A program made the translations under genes and the position numbers. From Eimeria praecox (Eukaryota), in the NCBI GenBank assembly GCA_963920595.1, contig OY986946.1, forward strand, positions 7,440,001 through 7,504,000: a DNA stretch of 64,000 nucleotides, written 5' to 3'. This document shows positions 37,250 through 48,726 of the stretch, piece by piece. The notes beneath the pieces were generated by a model that made no database searches, was not told the origin of the DNA, and saw only the letters and a program-made list of their open reading frames with translations. Every line of letters begins with the position of its first letter. Position 1 is the first letter of the stretch.

Positions 37250-37900
37250 TTCAAAAACGTACTGGAAGATCTACAATTGGTATTGGCATCCTTTCTATTA
37301 GAAAAGGGCTATGTGGCGAGGATGCTACATCTAAGCAGAGGCCCTGCCTTCCCGGATCGCATATTAGCCTCACAAGCCCTCCGGGATTCTCCGCGATGCA
37401 GGTATATTCTCAGGTCTGCAAGGAGGCAGGCTATGGCAAAACTGAGCGAACGTAAGACAAGGAAACTGTCGATAAATTACTGCATGGAAATGTATCACTC
37501 GCCAGTGAACAACAGCCCAGAGGGGACTCGGAGCTTCCATATGATTGGTTCATGGCAGGGTTCTCTCCCGGAGAGCGGCAATGGGTAACCGGCTGGGCGG
37601 CAGATGGGGAACTAGGCGTTCAAGTGGTTGAACTCGGGGAAATCGTGGAGTGCCTTAGCATAAAAGAGAGCAAGCACGTCACCTTCACAGAACTAGCTGA
37701 GAAGGAAGAAAGTGGGCATGGGAAGGGCACAGAGTTAGAACCTATGGATATGGGGCTGTGAATGCCAGACCGCCTCAGAAAGGGATCAGAAGAGGTAGCC
37801 GACAACAGCCAGCGAATCCGGCACCCAGATAGCCGGAAGGCCGTACTGGGCTGCTTTCGTCCTTCTTTTGCAATAAATGGCTTCACGTAATTCGATGCTA
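37250..37900 (+). mobile_element. Decayed Ty3/gypsy gag fragment
   Basis: QAMAKL...DSELPYDWFMAGFSPGERQWVTGWA...EPMDMG followed by degenerate knuckle SFFCNKWLHVIRC; clearly homologous to the gag at 18.0-18.4 kb. Confidence 0.75.
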
Positions 37901-39307
37901 CAGGCGCTTGCAAACAGCTGAGGGGTGCGTGCCTGCTTGTCGAAGGGCATCCTTAGGACAGCAGGCTTGCCGGTGGTGTGGCGGAGCGCTCCGAAGAAAC
38001 CACCCAAAACATCCATCACCATAGAATTCCTTACGCCAACATACATTTTCTGAGGATTCTAACAACGTTTTCATTCCTCCCTTAATCAGCTAACTGTGAG
38101 CAATGAACTAAAGACTCAAGGCGTGCACTCCATTCTCATCCTGTACACATACCGTTACTTTAATGCCACCACTAGTGTAATTGGTATTGGTGTGCCCCTC
38201 GTCATTGGTGTGGCCCTCGTCAACCCAGTAATCAGCTTTGCAAAGGGATTTAAGCGGTGCTCACTCACGCAGCGGGTCAAAGCTAGAAGGCCATTGTTAT
38301 TGCTTTGCTACTGCTAACTTCCGAACATTCCTTGTGCAAGCGCGAAGCCTGTTGAATGCACTCGATTTCTTCTTAGCATTTTCAGTGGTTTTGTCTGATT
38401 GTTAATTATCCGGCTATGGGGCATCTACCGGGTTTATTATTATAACCGTGCCACAGTGACTTGCTCCTCTAGCTGGTTAGAAAAACTTACCATGTAAATG
38501 CCTGGATTATTAGGGAACAAACAGCCCACTGCCTGCCGATCTGCCGTCTACCGAATTGAATCAGCTGAGCGCCCGCCATGACAACCCTTCCTTACAGACA
38601 CTTTGTTCCACCTACCGCGTGCTTCGTATTCCCTGAACAGGCTCATAATGGGGCTGTTGCTCTGCTCACGGTGCTTTTCAGAGTTATACTGACCATGGCT
38701 GATATAATCTCACTTTGCAAGTGCATTGTCATACCTAATTATAGCAAACATTTTGCGCCCCCATAGCAGGCTCCTGACCCCGCATCCATCCCCGCGTCCG
38801 CATTCATAGTCGACATTATATTCTAGGCATAGACAAGTTGATGCAGGCATCACTGGAAAAGGCTAGAATTAAATGAATGCCGAACATCAGTGCAATCCCA
38901 AGAGCGTTGTCAGCAACAACACCTCTCAGAACACTGATAATGGCCACGTAAAAGCTTGCTCCAATCCTCGGCGTCTCCGCATTCTTTTAGCCTCAAGGCC
39001 TTACCGCGCCTGAACCCTGTAGGCGAGTTTTCAGCACGAGGTGCATTAATGAGAAGGAGTTGGACAGGCATGGGGCCGTCCGTTGAAATGATACACATAG
39101 AAGCCTTGAATTGAGACAGAAGCTGCACCTCTATAGCTGTAACTCGCAGTGACTGGTTGCACCAAGCTGCAGCGAAGGAAACAAATCCCTCGCACCAAAC
39201 CGCTCTCTACGGCACGCCATGTGTCTCCTTGTATTCTAGGAGCCATACCATTCTTCACTATTCTGTAGATGCAGCGGCAAGTGTTTGAGGGGGAGGGCAT
39301 CCGCCCC

Positions 39308-39389
39308 GGCAACGTGGCCGAGTGGTTAAGGCGGTGCCCTGCTAAGGCATTGGGTTCTGCCCGCGTAGGTTCGAATCCTGCCGTTGTCG
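39308..39389 (+). tRNA. tRNA-Ser(GCT) copy 1
   Basis: 82 nt; acceptor GGCAACG/CGTTGTC, D-loop TGGCCGAGTGG, anticodon loop CTGCTAA, long variable arm, GGTTCGAATCC, discriminator G, T-run downstream. Confidence 0.97.
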
Positions 39390-39859
39390 TTTCGTTTTCG
39401 TTGAAGCATATAGGAGCCGGCCATCGGGGTGTGTTGGAATGTGAAAACACCTCAACCCAGGCATATGCCGCATACACTGCTGAACCCTCAAGGAGGCCAG
39501 ATTCCGTTGCTACGCCCTGCTGCCCGCATTCTTGTAACCTCAAGGGCTTAACATCGCTAACCCATAGGCGCGAAGCGTGATTAGTTAGCCCGTGAATGAG
39601 ACACACTGGCGGGTAGATACAGTTGTCGTCCACCGAAGTTACAAACCTGCAATTCTTGAATAGAGACGGAGCCTGCACCTCCTTAGCTGTAGCTCGCAGT
39701 GACAGGGTGCATCACGCTGCAGCGAAGGAAACAAATGCCTCGCATCGAACGGCTCTGTATAATAGACCATGTGCGTGCTTCATTCCAGGGGCCACGCCCG
39801 CGCCCACAGCCGTGTGTAGCGTGCAATGGGAAGGGTTTGCTGGGGAGGGCGTGCGCCCC

Positions 39860-39941
39860 GGCAACGTGGCCGAGTGGTTAAGGCGGTGCCCTGCTAAGGC
39901 ATTGGGTTCTGCCCGCGTAGGTTCGAATCCTGCCGTTGTCG
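39860..39941 (+). tRNA. tRNA-Ser(GCT) copy 2
   Basis: Identical to copy 1. Confidence 0.97.
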
Positions 39942-40411
39942 TTTCGTTTTTCCTGAAGCATATACGAGCCGGCCACCGGGGTGTATTGGAATGTGAAAAC
40001 ACCTCAACCATGAGAAATGCTGCATGGACTGCTGAACCCTCAAGGAGATCAGATCCCGCTGCTACGCCCTGCTGCCCGCATTCTTGTAACGTCATGGGCT
40101 TAGCATCGCTAGGCCATAGACGCGAAGCTCTATGAGGAAGCCCGTGAATGGCACACAGTGTCGCGTAGATACAGCTGCCGTCCACCGAAGTTACAAACCT
40201 GCAATTCTTGAATAGAGGCAGAGCCTGCACCTCCTTAGCTGTAGCTCGCAGTGACAGGGTGCATCACGCTGCAGTGAAGGAAACAAATGCCTCGCATCGA
40301 ACGGCTCTGTATAATAGACCATGTGCGTGCTTCATTCCAGGGGCCACGCCCGCGCCCACAGCCGTGTGTAGCGTGCAATGGGAAGGGTTTGCTGGGGAGG
40401 GCGTGCGCCCC

Positions 40412-40493
40412 GGCAACGTGGCCGAGTGGTTAAGGCGGTGCCCTGCTAAGGCATTGGGTTCTGCCCGCGTAGGTTCGAATCCTGCCGTTGTCG
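40412..40493 (+). tRNA. tRNA-Ser(GCT) copy 3
   Basis: Identical to copy 1. Confidence 0.97.
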
Positions 40494-40869
40494 TTTGCTT
40501 TTATCTCAGTCTTGTATGAGCTTGCCATAGGCGTGCGGAGGAATGTGGGAAGCACATCATGGAGCCACGACAAGTGCGGCATAGACTGCTGAACCATCGA
40601 GGAGGCCAAAGCTTATATGATAGAACCGGCTACTTGCCAATCGCTTAGCTTCACGGCCTTAACCCCGCTGAATTGTAGAAGCGAAGCCTTGCTAGGTAGA
40701 GCCTGAATGCAATATTGGCTGATAGATAAGGTTACCGTCTGCCCAAGTGACAAATGTACAAGTCTTGCCTTGAATGGACGCAGATCCCGCAGCCCTGTAG
40801 CAGCCATACCACTGTTCACTACTGTCTAGGGTGCAAGGGCAATAGTTTGGAGGAGCGGGCGTGCGCCCC

Positions 40870-40951
40870 GGCAACGTGGCCGAGTGGTTAAGGCGGTGCC
40901 CTGCTAAGGCATTGGGTTCTGCCCGCGTAGGTTCGAATCCTGCCGTTGTCG
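40870..40951 (+). tRNA. tRNA-Ser(GCT) copy 4
   Basis: Identical to copy 1. Confidence 0.97.
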
Positions 40952-41419
40952 TTTCGTTTTTTCTCTACCATGTATGAACCAGTTTTCGGGGTGTGCTAGG
41001 TTGTGGGAAACGCCCCAGGCACGTCATATGCTCAGTAGAACACTGAACCCTCAAGGGCGGTGAGAGGTTGGGCATAACCCCTGCGGCCCTGCATACTTTA
41101 ACCGCAAGCCCTTAGTACCGCAAAACATTAGAACAGAAATCTCGGCACGAAGACCCGGGAAGAGGCATTGTCGGATAAATACAGCTGCTGTCCACCGAAT
41201 TTGCGCCCTGTCACTGCGAGCTACAGCTAAGGAGGTGCAGGCTCCGTCTCTATTCAACAATTGCAGGTTTGTATCACGCTGCAGCGAAGGAAACAAATGC
41301 CTCGCACCGAACCACTCTGTACCGTACGCCATGCGTCTGTGTCATTCCAGGGGCCACGCTCGCTCCCATAGCTGTGCAGGGTGCAATGGGAAGGGTTTGC
41401 TGGGGAGAGCGTGCGCCCC

Positions 41420-41501
41420 GGCAACGTGGCCGAGTGGTTAAGGCGGTGCCCTGCTAAGGCATTGGGTTCTGCCCGCGTAGGTTCGAATCCTGCCGTTGTC
41501 G
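41420..41501 (+). tRNA. tRNA-Ser(GCT) copy 5
   Basis: Identical to copy 1. Confidence 0.97.
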
Positions 41502-41612
41502 TTTCGTTTTTTCTCTACCATGTATGAGCCGAGCGTCCGGGCGTGCTGAAATGCGGGAAACATCTCAAACATGTCATATGGTCGGTAGGACACTGAACCC
41601 TTAAGGCGGCCA

Positions 41613-43200
41613 TGCACTTCGCCGGCAGGGGGCAGCATCGAGGGCTTTCGTTTCACCGTGATCTTATTGACGGCATGAAACCAATTCGGACATGCCACCT
41701 CCCATCCTTTTCTCTTCCCAACCCTGGAACTCTACCACAGCGCATCTGTTTGACACGGAGGAGTGTTGCCTCTCCTTAGCAGTTCGTCGGCTTGCCGCTT
41801 GGCCTCCTCTGCACGGTCCAGGGGTCTTCCATACCTCTAAGGAAAGCTTGAGGATGCTCCAGGACTAGAGCACACTCGAGACGGTGGCGTGGGCATCCCG
41901 CTTGTGGCTGGCTAGCGGAACATTGATCGTTCTCCACGTGAGGGCTCTCCCCTCAACTGTGCCGCCTCGGCTTTTCCTCTGGTGCTAACTGGATCGAACT
42001 TCCCAAAGTGCGGTAGTCGTGGGGCTATACCGATAGTGTGGAGGGTTTAGGGTTGAAGGTTTAGGGTGCACTTTGGATGTGCCCCAGGTATACAAACTAT
42101 GGATATTGGAACTGTCAATCCCAACCCACCCAGAAATGGATAAGAGCCGAAAGGACAGAGGACAGCAGGTGAATCCGGCACTCAGGCAAGCAGCACGACT
42201 GTACCGCACAGAGCACCCGGGGCCTAAGCGCTGCGTAGGATCCCCATCGCTCGCTCATCCGTGAGGCGTTAATTCCGCTCCTCTTGCAGGCGATGATATA
42301 AATTCCTCCAGCAGAAACTGTTTGATTAAATTGTTCGGGAAACAATGCACCAAGTTTCATTGCTGCACTGCTTTCTACGACAGGGAACTCAACAGTCTCG
42401 ATTCGGGGACGCAAGAGCTCCCTTCATTGTCTTCCACCTGGCAAGCCGAGGGTTTTCTCGTGGGGAGCTGGTGCTGGTCCTGCAGAAATGTCTTGTATCG
42501 TGGCAGTATAGTCCCTTTTGGGGTTTGGTTCGGACTGAATGTTCGTAGTACCGCCGAACCTCCTGTCGTGTCTGCAGACGACGACGCATAGCTGTAGAGA
42601 CTGCTCCAGTGATGAGAGAAGCCTGTTATTTCTTATTTTCTTAGCCTCAGTTATCAGATCTCCTTTGCGTGTTTCCCCGTGCAGCTGTGCTCGAGCGTTT
42701 GCTTTTTACAGCTCTTTTGCCTTTCCCCTGAGTTAGCCGCCTTGGCGTATGGCGCAATGCAAAAGGAGCAGGTGCTATGGTCGGCACGTCGTGCTGGTTT
42801 CCTGAGTGCCATATTCACCTGCTGTTGTCCATATCTTCGCTTCTTATGTTTTTCTGAGCGGGATGGCATTGAAAGCGCCGACAGGTCTAGTCTGTGATAT
42901 CCATGTCAATTCCAAAGCCCTTTTCTTTCTTCTGAGGTAGGGCTATAGAGGTGACGCTTTTTCGTTATTTTGTGGGCAAGTACTTCATCATCGCCAGCGG
43001 GCTTTTTTCTATGAGCCGCTAAAACAGAAAGTCCGGGCTAACTGCGGGAGCTACGCTTACTACGTAGTGAGACCTCTGCGCATAGCTCGCCATCGGCTGC
43101 TTCCCTTGTTTATGTATTCTCTTTTCCCTCTCAGCCTACCCGGTTGCCGGTGAGAAAAGACCTGAATCCCAGCACCTAGCGAAAGGCTTCTAGCTAGTGC
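41613..43200 (-). mobile_element. Decayed Ty3/gypsy gag-protease-RT fragment in array block A
   Basis: Minus strand: TCSFC knuckle remnant, LITGA (degenerate DTGA), TLGLP..RQ, then PGA...EEAKRQADELLRRG, KDGRW and AVNKITVK (RT N-terminal motifs); truncated at the tRNA spacer. Confidence 0.75.
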
Positions 43201-43624
43201 AAGGCAATGCGCATTCAAGGGTAAGCAAAGCCCTCTGTACCCCGTACGGTAGCCCTCAAGACAAGTTCTAGAACCTTTATTCTGCCCTCATTAGCCTGCG
43301 TGAATGAATGTAGAAAGTACACATCCCACCGCCGGGCAGGCAGTACTACAAATATGCTTCTTTCCCCAGGGCTCGATCCTAACCCCGGCGGGCCCCTAAT
43401 TCGTTTAAACTCAAAGCTTTAATTCCGATGAGCCATAGAAGCCACGACTCAGCAGCAAGAGATTAAATTCGATATTAACAGATAGACACAGCTGCCGTCA
43501 AAAGAAGTGGCATTTAAACAAGCCTTGAATAGAGGCCGACCCTACACTTCTGTAACAGCCATACAACTATTCACTACCGTGAAGGACTGAAGAGCAACAG
43601 TTTGGGGGTGCGACCTTTCGCCCC

Positions 43625-43706
43625 GGCAACGTGGCCGAGTGGTTAAGGCGGTGCCCTGCTAAGGCATTGGGTTCTGCCCGCGTAGGTTCGAATCCTGCCG
43701 TTGTCG
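43625..43706 (+). tRNA. tRNA-Ser(GCT) copy 6
   Basis: Identical to copy 1. Confidence 0.97.
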
Positions 43707-44176
43707 TTTCGTTTTCGTTGAAGCATATAGGAGCCGGCCATCGGGGTGTGTTGGAATGTGAAAACACCTCAACCCAGGCATATGCCGCATACACAGCTGA
43801 ACCCTCAAGGAGGCCAGATTCCGTTGCTACGCCCTGCTGCCCGCATTCTTGTAACGTCATGTGCTTAGCATCGCTAACCCATAGGCGCGAAGCGTGATTA
43901 GGAAGCCCGTGAATGAGATACACTGGCGGGTAGATACACTTGTCGTCCACCGAAGTTACAAACCTGCAATTCTTGAATAGAGACGGAGCCTGCACCTCCT
44001 TAGCTGTAGCTCGCAGTGACAGGGTGCATCACGCTGCAGTGAAGGAAACAAATGCCTTGCATCGAACGGCTCTGTATAATAGACCATGTGCGTGCTTCAT
44101 TCCAGGGGCCACGCCCGCGCCCACAGCCGTGTGTGGCGTGCAATGGGAAGGGTTTGCTGGGGAGGGCGTGCGCCCC

Positions 44177-44258
44177 GGCAACGTGGCCGAGTGGTTAAGG
44201 CGGTGCCCTGCTAAGGCATTGGGTTCTGCCCGCGTAGGTTCGAATCCTGCCGTTGTCG
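44177..44258 (+). tRNA. tRNA-Ser(GCT) copy 7
   Basis: Identical to copy 1. Confidence 0.97.
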
Positions 44259-44634
44259 TTTGCTTTTATCTCAGTCTTGTATGAGCTTGCCATAGGCGTG
44301 CGGAGGAATGTGGGAAGCACATCATGGAGCCACGACAAGTGCGGCATAGACTGCTGAACCATCGAGGAGGCCAAAGCTTATATGGTAGAACCGGCTACTT
44401 GCCAATCGCTTAGCTTCACGGCCTTAACCCCGCTGAATTGTAGAAGCGAAGCCTTGCTAGGTAGAGCCTGAATGCAATATTGGCTGATAGATAAGGTTAC
44501 CGTCTGCCCAAGTGACAAATGTACAAGTCTTGTCTTGAATGGACGCAGATCCCGCAGCCCTGTAGCAGCCATACCACTGTTCAGTACTGTGTAGGATGCA
44601 AGGTCAATAGTTTGGAGGAGCGGGCGTGCGCCCC

Positions 44635-44716
44635 GGCAACGTGGCCGAGTGGTTAAGGCGGTGCCCTGCTAAGGCATTGGGTTCTGCCCGCGTAGGTTCG
44701 AATCCTGCCGTTGTCG
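44635..44716 (+). tRNA. tRNA-Ser(GCT) copy 8
   Basis: Identical to copy 1. Confidence 0.97.
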
Positions 44717-44827
44717 TTTCGTTTTTTCTCTACCATGTATGAGCCGAGCGTCCGGGCGTGCTGAAATGCGGGAAACATCTCAAACATGTCATATGGTCGG
44801 TAGGACACTGAACCCTTAAGGCGGCCA

Positions 44828-46120
44828 TGCACTTCGCCGGCAGGGGGCAGCATCGAGGGCTTTCGTTTCACCGTGATCTTATTGACGGCATGAAACCAAT
44901 TCGCACATGCCACCTCCCATCCTTTTCTCTTCCCAACCCTGGAACTCTACCACAGCGCATCTGTTTGACACGGAGGAGTGTTGCCTCTCCTTAGCAGTTC
45001 GTCGGCTTGCCGCTTGGCCTCCTCTGCACGGTCCAGGGGCTTTCCATACCTCTAAGGAAAGCTTGAGGATGCGCCAGGATTAAAGCACACTCGAGACGGT
45101 GGCGTGGGCATCCCGCTTGTGGCTGGCTAGCGGAACATTGCTCGTTCTCCACGTGAGGGCTCTCCCCTCAACTGTGCTGCCTCGGCTTTTCCTCTGGTGC
45201 TAACTGGGTCGAACTTCCCAAAGTGTGGTAGTCGTGGGGCTATAAAGATGGTGTGTAGGCATGATTTTGTGTCTTCTCCGGGGCCTATGCGCTGCGTATG
45301 AGCCCCATCGCTCTCTCATCCGTGAGGCTCTGATTCCGCTCCTCTTGCAGGCGATGATATAAATTCCTCCAGCAGAAACTGTTTGATTAAATTGCTCAGT
45401 AAACAATGCACCAAGTTGCATTGCTACACTGCTTTCTACGACAGTGAACTCAACAGTCTCGACTCGTGGACACAAGAGCTCCCTTCATTGTCTTCTACCT
45501 GGCAAGCCGAGGGTTTTCTCGTGGGGAGCTGGTGCTGGTCCTGCAGAAATGTCTTGTATCGTGGCAGTATAGTCCCTTTTGGGGTTTGGTTCGGACTGAA
45601 TGTTCGTAGTGCCACCGACCCTCCTGTCGTGTCTGCAGACGACGACGCATAGCTGTAGAGACTGCTCCAGTGACTAGAGAAGCCTATTGGTTCTGCTTTC
45701 CTTAGCTTCGTTTATTACGGCCTCTTCGCAGCCTGGGTCAGGCCGCTCTGGCAAGGCGCCGCCGTTAATACTATCTATGCTGATTGATCGGCCGAATGGG
45801 ACTTATAAGCCTAGGTATCATGTCTTTTGATTCTATCCCCTGGCCTCATTGTGCGTTTAGCTGAGCTTTTGTCTGATCACGTTGCTTGTTTCCGCGTGCA
45901 GCTGTGCTCGAACATTTGCTTTTTACGGTTCTTTAGGCATTAGTCTTGGCTCATAGTATAGAAAGGGTTCATCAACCTTGCCGAAAAAGACGCATATGCT
46001 ACACTCAGATACTTTATTCCATAGTTTTGCTTGTCTACCCTGCCCGCTGCCTTCGTGAGCTGGCATCCACAATCCCAATACCCAGAATTTATATACGAAC
46101 CACATGCCAGGTCTCAACGA
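44828..46120 (-). mobile_element. Decayed Ty3/gypsy fragment in array block B
   Basis: Near-identical to the block A fragment up to about 45710, then strongly diverged. Confidence 0.72.
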
Positions 46121-46421
46121 CGATTAATCCTAAAATCAAAACCTTAGTAGACAGAACATGAATGGTATATTGGCAGATAGGTACGGCTGCCGTCCATGAA
46201 GGGAACAAATATGCAATTCTTGTACAGAGCCAAAGCCTGCGCCTCTATAGCTGTAGCTGTTACTGACAGGGTGCATCGCGCTACAGCGAAGGAAACAAAT
46301 CCCTCGCACACAACCGCTCCGTATCCCATGCCGTGTATCTGATTCATTCCAAGGGCCACATCAACGTCCGCTGATGTATAGGATGCAATGGCAAGGGCTT
46401 GAGGGGGAGGCCCAGCTCCTC

Positions 46422-46503
46422 GGCAACGTGGCCGAGTGGTTAAGGCGGTGCCCTGCTAAGGCATTGGGTTCTGCCCGCGTAGGTTCGAATCCTGCCGTTG
46501 TCG
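46422..46503 (+). tRNA. tRNA-Ser(GCT) copy 9
   Basis: Identical to copy 1. Confidence 0.97.
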
Positions 46504-46973
46504 TTTCGTTTTCGCTGAAGCATATAGGAGCCAGCCATCGGGGAGTGCTGGAATGCGAGAACACCTCAACCAAGGCAAATGCCGCATACACTGCTGAACC
46601 CTCAAGCGCAGTCAGGTCTCATCTCTACGCTCTGCTGCCCGCATTCTTGTAACCTCAAGGGCTTAACATCGCTAACCCATAGGCGCGAAGAGTGATTAGG
46701 AAGCCCGTGAATGGCACACACTGGGGGGTAGATACAGTTGCCGTCCACGGAAGTGACAAACCTGCAATTCTTGAATAGAGACAGAGCCTGCACCTCTTTA
46801 CCTGCAGCTGGCACCGAAAGGGTGCATCAAGCTGCAGCGAAGGAAACAAATGCCTCGCACACAACCGCTCTATATCGCACTCCATGTGTCTGCTTGTATT
46901 CTAGGAGCCATACCATTCTTCACTACTCGGTACGGTGCAGTGGCAAGTGTTTCAGGGGGAGGCGGTGCGCCCC

Positions 46974-47055
46974 GGCAACGTGGCCGAGTGGTTAAGGCGG
47001 TGCCCTGCTAAGGCATTGGGTTCTGCCCGCGTAGGTTCGAATCCTGCCGTTGTCG
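46974..47055 (+). tRNA. tRNA-Ser(GCT) copy 10
   Basis: Identical to copy 1. Confidence 0.97.
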
Positions 47056-47525
47056 TTTCGTTTTCGTTGAAGCATATAGGAGCCGGCCATCGGGGTGTGT
47101 TGGAATGTGAAAACACCTCAACCCAGGCATATGCCGCATACACTGCTGAACCCTCAAGGAGGCCAGATTCCGTTGCTACGCCCTGCTGCCCGCATTCTTG
47201 TAACCTCGAGGGCTTAACATCGCTAACCCATAGGCGCGAAGCGTGATTAGTTAGCCCGTGAATGAGACACACTGGCGGGTAGATACAGTTGTCGTCCACC
47301 GAAGTTACAAACCTGCAATTCTTGGATAGAGACGGAGCCTGCACCTCCTTAGCTGTAGCTCGCAGTGACAGGGTGCATCACGCTGCAGTGAAGGAAACAA
47401 ATGCCTCGCATCGAACGGCTCTGTATAATAGACCATGTGCGTGCTTCATTCCAGGGGCCACGCCCGCGCCCACAGCCGTGTGTAGGATGCAATGGGAAGG
47501 GTTTGCTGGGGAGGGCGTGCGCCCC

Positions 47526-47607
47526 GGCAACGTGGCCGAGTGGTTAAGGCGGTGCCCTGCTAAGGCATTGGGTTCTGCCCGCGTAGGTTCGAATCCTGCC
47601 GTTGTCG
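47526..47607 (+). tRNA. tRNA-Ser(GCT) copy 11
   Basis: Identical to copy 1. Confidence 0.97.
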
Positions 47608-47983
47608 TTTGCTTTTATCTCAGTCTTGTATGAGCTTGCCATAGGCGTGCGGAGGAATGTGGGAAGCACATCATGGAGCCACGACAAGTGCGGCATAGAC
47701 TGCTGAACCATCGAGGAGGTCAAAGCTTATATGGTAGAACCGGCTACTTGCCAATCGCTTAGCTTCACGGCCTTAACCCCGCTGAATTGTAGAAGCGAAG
47801 CCTTGCTAGGTAGAGCCTGAATGCAATATTGGCTGATAGATAAGGTTACCGTCTGCCCAAGTGACAAATGTACAAGTCTTGTCTTGAATGGACGCAGATC
47901 CCGCAGCCCTGTAGCAGCCATACCACTGTTCACTACTGTCTAGGGTGCAAGGGCAATAGTTTGGAGGAGCGGGCGTGCGCCCC

Positions 47984-48065
47984 GGCAACGTGGCCGAGTG
48001 GTTAAGGCGGTGCCCTGCTAAGGCATTGGGTTCTGCCCGCGTAGGTTCGAATCCTGCCGTTGTCG
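47984..48065 (+). tRNA. tRNA-Ser(GCT) copy 12
   Basis: Identical to copy 1. Confidence 0.97.
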
Positions 48066-48533
48066 TTTCGTTTTTTCTCTACCATGTATGAACCAGTTTT
48101 CGGGGTGTGCTAGGTTGTGGGAAACGCCCCAGGCACGTCATATGCTCAGTAGAACACTGAACCCTCAAGGGCGGTGAGAGGTTGGGCATAACCCCTGCGG
48201 CCCTGCATACTTTAACCGCAAGCCCTTAGTACCGCAAAACATTAGAACAGAAATCTCGGCACGAAGACCCGGGAAGAGGCATTGTCGGATAAATACAGCT
48301 GCTGTCCACCGAATTTGCGCCCTGTCACTGCGAGCTACAGCTAAGGAGGTGCAGGCTCCGTCTCTATTCAACAATTGCAGGTTTGTATCACGCTGCAGCG
48401 AAGGAAACAAATGCCTCGCACCGAACCACTCTGTACCGTACGCCATGCGTCTGTGTCATTTCAGGGGCCACGCCCGCTCCCATAGCTGTGCAGGATGCAA
48501 TGGGAAGTGTTTGCTGGGGAAAGCGTGCGCCCC

Positions 48534-48615
48534 GGCAACGTGGCCGAGTGGTTAAGGCGGTGCCCTGCTAAGGCATTGAATTCTGCCCGCGTAGGTTCGA
48601 ATCCTGCCGTTGTCG
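48534..48615 (+). tRNA. tRNA-Ser(GCT) copy 13, variable-arm variant (possible pseudogene)
   Basis: Identical except GG>AA at 48579-48580, which breaks the variable-arm stem. Confidence 0.85.
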
Positions 48616-48726
48616 TTTCGTTTTTTCTCTACCATGTATGAGCCGAGCGTCCGGGCGTGCTGGAATGTCGACAACCTCTCAACCACCTCAAATGCTGCAT
48701 GGACTGCTGAACCCTCAAGGCGGCCA

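Noticed and set aside
41985..42030. B-box-like GTTCGATCC on the minus strand as a SINE or extra tRNA
   Set aside because: No cloverleaf or A-box, the motif is altered in block B, and it lies within the gypsy remnant.
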